From: Eledone cirrhosa
Taxonomy: Eukaryota
Length of the DNA stretch: 64,000 nucleotides
Reading direction: 5' to 3'
Assembly: GCA_964016885.1 (NCBI GenBank)
Contig: OZ024747.1
Coordinates: 17,112,001-17,176,000 of the forward strand
Numbering within the stretch: position 1 is the first letter of the stretch; every line of letters starts with the position of its first letter. The notes below the pieces were generated by a model. The model was not told the origin of the DNA and did no database searches. It saw only the letters and a list, made by a program, of their open reading frames with translations. Shown one piece after another: positions 59,180 through 64,000 of the stretch. The position numbers and the translations under genes are program-made.

Positions 59180-62100
59180 GATAGACAGGGAGACATAGAG
59201 TCAGACGGACAGACAGGGAGACATAGAGTCAGACGGACAGACAGGGAGACATAGAGTTAGACTGACAGACAGGGAGACATAGAGTCAGACTGACAGACAG
59301 GGAGACATAGAGTCAGACTGACAGACAGGGAGACATAGAGTCAGACTGACAGGCAGGGAGACATAGAGTCAGACGGACAGACAGGGAGACATAGAGTCAG
59401 ACGGACAGACAGGGAGACATAGAGTCAGACGGACAGACGGGGAGACAGAGTCAGACTGACAGACAGGGAAACATAGAGTCAGATGGACAGACAGGGAGAC
59501 ATAGAGTCAGACTGACAGACAGGGAGACATAGAGTCAGACTGACAGACAGGGAGACATAGAGTCAGACTGACAGACAGGGAGACATAGAGTCAGACTGAC
59601 AGACAGGGAGACATAGAGTCAGATGGACAGACAGGGAGACATAGAGTCAGACGGACAGACAGGGAGACATAGAGTCAGACTGACAGACAGGGAGACATAG
59701 AGTCAGACGGACAGACAGGGAGACATAGAGTCAGACTGACAGACAGGGAGACATAGAGTCAGACTGACAGACAGGGAGACATAGAGTCAGACTGACAGAC
59801 AGGGAGACATAGAGTCAGACTGACAGACAGGGAGACATAGAGTCAGACTGACAGACAGGGAGACATAGAGTCAGATGGACAGACAGGGAGGCATAGAGTC
59901 AGACTGACAGACAGGGAGACATAGAGTCAGACGGACAGACAGGGAGACATAGAGTCAGACTGACAGACAGGGAGACATAGAGTCAGACTGACAGACAGGG
60001 AGACATAGAGTCAGACTGACAGACAGGGAGACATAGAGTCAGACTGACAGACAGGGAGACATAGAGTCAGACTGACAGACAGGGAGACATAGAGTCAGAC
60101 TGACAGACAGGGAGACATAGAGTTAGACTGACAGACAGGGAGACATAGAGTCAGATGGACAGACAGGGAGACATAGAGTCAGACGGACAGACAGGGAGAC
60201 ATAGAGTCAGACTGACAGATAGGGAGACATAGAGTCAGACGGACAGACAGGGAGACATAGAGTCAGACTGACAGACAGGGAGACATAGAGTCAGACTGAC
60301 AGACAGGGAGACATGGAGTCAGACTGACAGACAGGGAGACATAGAGTCAGACTGACAGACAGGGAGACATAGAGTCAGACTGACAGACAGGGAGACATAG
60401 AGTCAGATGGACAGACAGGGAGGCATAGAGTCAGACTGACAGACAGGGAGACATAGAGTCAGACGGATAGACAGGGAGACATAGAGTCAGACTGACAGAC
60501 AGGGAGACATAGAGTCAGACTGACAGACAGGGAGACATAGAGTCAGACTGACAGACAGGGAGACATAGAGTCAGACTGACAGACAGGGAGACATAGAGTC
60601 AGACTGATAGACAGGGAGACATAGAGTCAGACGGACAGACAGGGAGACATAGAGTCAGACTGATAGACAGGGAGACATAGAGTCAGACTGACAGACAGGG
60701 AGACATAGAGTCAGACTGACAGACAGGGAGACATAGAGTCAGACTGACAGACAGGGAGTCATAGAGTCAGACTGACAGACAGGGAGACATAGAGTCAGAC
60801 TGACAGACAGGGAGACATAGAGTCAGACGGACAGACAGGGAGACATAGAGTCAGACTGACAGACAGGGAGACATAGTCAGACTGACAGACAGGGAGACAT
60901 GTAGTCAGACTGACAGACAGGGAGACATAGAGTCAGACTGACAGACAGGGAGACATAGAGTCAGACTGACAGACAGGGAGACATAGAGTCAGATGGACAG
61001 ACACGGAGGCATAGAGTCAGACTGACAGACAGGGAGACATAGAGTTAGACGCACAGACAGGGAGACATAGAGTCAGACTGACAGACAGGGAGACATAGAG
61101 TCAGACTGACAGACAGGGAGACATAGAGTCAGACTGACAGACAGGGAGACATAGAGTCAGACTGATAGACAGGGAGACAAGAGTCAGACTGACAGACAGG
61201 GAGACATAGAGTCAGACTGACAGACAGGGAGACATAGAGTCAGACTGACAGACAGGGAGACATAGAGTCAGACTGACAGACAGGGAGACATAGAGTCAGA
61301 TGGACAGACAGGGAGACATAGAGTCAGACGGACAGACAGGGAGACATAGAGTCAGACTGACAGACAGGGAGACATAGAGTCAGACGGACAGACAGGGAGA
61401 CATAGAGTCAGACTGACAGACAGGGAGACATAGAGTCAGACTGACAGACAGGGAGACATGGAGTCAGACTGACAGACAGGGAGACATAGAGTCAGACTGA
61501 CAGACAGGGAGACATAGAGTCAGACTGACAGACAGGGAGACATAGAGTCAGATGGACAGACAGGGAGGCATAGAGTCAGACTGACAGACAGGGAGACATA
61601 GAGTCAGACGGACAGACAGGGAGACATAGAGTCAGACTGACAGACAGGGAGACATAGAGTCAGACTGACAGACAGGGAGACATAGAGTCAGACTGACAGA
61701 CAGGAAGACATAGAGTCAGACTGACAGACAGGGAGACATAGAGTCAGACTGACAGACAGGGAGACATAGAGTCAGACTGACAGACAGGGAGACATAGAGT
61801 CAGACTGATAGACAGGGAGACAAGAGTCAGACTGACAGACAGGGAGACATAGAGTCAGACTGACAGACAGGGAGACATAGAGTCAGATGGACAGACAGGG
61901 AGACATAGAGTCAGACGGACAGACAGGGAGACATAGAGTCAGACTGACAGACAGGGAGACATAGAGTCAGACGGACAGACAGGGAGACATAGAGTCAGAC
62001 TGACAGACAGGGAGACATAGAGTCAGACTGACAGACAGGGAGACATAGAGTCAGACTGACAGACAGGGAGACATAGAGTCAGACTGACAAACAGGGAGAC

Positions 62101-62346
62101 ATAGAGTCAGACTGATAGACAGGGAGACATAGAGTCAGACGGACAGACAGGGAGACATAGAGTCAGACTGACAGACAGGGAGGCATAGAGTCAGACTGAC
62201 AGACAGGGAGACATAGAGTCAGACTGACAGACAGGGAGACATAGAGTCAGACTGACAGACTGGGAGACATAGAGTCAGACTGACAGACAGGGAGACATAG
62301 AGTCAGACTGACAGACAGGGAGACATAGAGTCAGACTGACAGACAG
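59180..62346. repeat. 28-bp minisatellite, ~113 copies
   Basis: GACAGGGAGACATAGAGTCAGACTGACA repeated, with GACGG/GATGG/GGAGGC variants. Confidence 0.95.
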
Positions 62347-62439
62347 TGTGACAGGCAGGTAGAGAGGTAGACACTTTGAGTGAGATAGAATCAACAGGCT
62401 AAATTAATGATGAAAGGTGAGCGGTGTTTTTAGGCAGAC

Positions 62440-62518
<79 letters not shown>

Positions 62519-62660
62519 GATATATACATATATATATATACATACATATACATACACACATATATATATATATATATACATATATATACATACATATGTA
62601 TACATATATATATATATACATACATATATATATAATATACATACATATATATATATATAA

Positions 62661-62701
<41 letters not shown>

Positions 62702-62732
62702 CATATATATATATATATACATACATACATAT

Positions 62733-62763
<31 letters not shown>

Positions 62764-62776
62764 CATACATATATAC

Positions 62777-62809
<33 letters not shown>

Positions 62810-62846
62810 AGGAGAGAGAGAGAGACATAGAGGGAGAGAGAGATGG

Positions 62847-62894
<48 letters not shown>

Positions 62895-63280
62895 GGGTGA
62901 GAGCAAAAGAGAGAAAGCGGGGGAGCGATTGTGGTAAAACGGAAAGGAAAAGGATAACATTAAGATCGAAGAAAGTTATGAAAGAAAGAATGAGAGGAAT
63001 GGGAAAGGTTGGGAAAGAAAGGGGCAATATATTAGGGTTGAGATGGAGAGATATGATTGAGTGAGATGTATGATTTTTTCCCTTTGAAATGAAAGGAGTA
63101 TAGTTTCTTGAATTGAAAAATAAATTCAAAAAACAAACGAAATAAGGAGAAAGAAGTTAATAGAGATTGCAAACGTAACAGTGAAATATCAAATCAGATG
63201 AAATGTAGAGGAACTGATGAAAATCCCTTTCATATCACATCTCGCCGCCTCCTCTCTTCCTCTAAATCTATAATCGCCTA

Positions 63281-63762
<482 letters not shown>

Positions 63763-64000
63763 TATATATATATATACGTGTGTGTGCATGTGTGTGTGTA
63801 TTTGTATGTATGTGTATGTGTTCAACTAGACTGACGGACAGTGTCAGACTGAGAAAATCGCACAGACGCCCTTTAGCACACGAATAACAACACACACACA
63901 CATGCATACGTATAGTGATTCACAAACACACACATGCATACGTGTAGTGATTCACACACTCACACATACATACGTATAGTGATTCACACACTCACCCATG

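Overview
AT-rich, microsatellite-dense, largely non-coding eukaryotic DNA. Its SINE families resemble those of octopod cephalopods; this assignment is an inference. Nearly all ORFs in the track are (TA)n/(CA)n/(GA)n translation artefacts. The main feature is a 3.5-kb array (1383-4847) of essentially identical 311-bp monomers. Each monomer carries a complete type I hammerhead ribozyme (HHR) with a palindromic mini helix III, which fits a retrozyme / circular-RNA element. The array flips orientation once (about 4 copies with the HHR on -, then 7 on +). At least six unrelated short elements sitting in (TA)n tracts also carry intact or decayed HHRs, several with unusually long helix II insertions. 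Many are built as inverted duplications. Remnants of Penelope-like retroelements are nearby (RT thumb + Cys-rich linker + GIY-YIG with a 3' HHR-like motif) and are plausible mobilisers. Other content: RTE (one 5'-inverted copy), R4/Dong-like and Tx1-like LINE fragments, many tRNA-derived SINEs, a 28-bp minisatellite of about 3.2 kb, a 47-bp hairpin minisatellite, and one weak candidate host exon. All RNA structures were read by eye and not computed.
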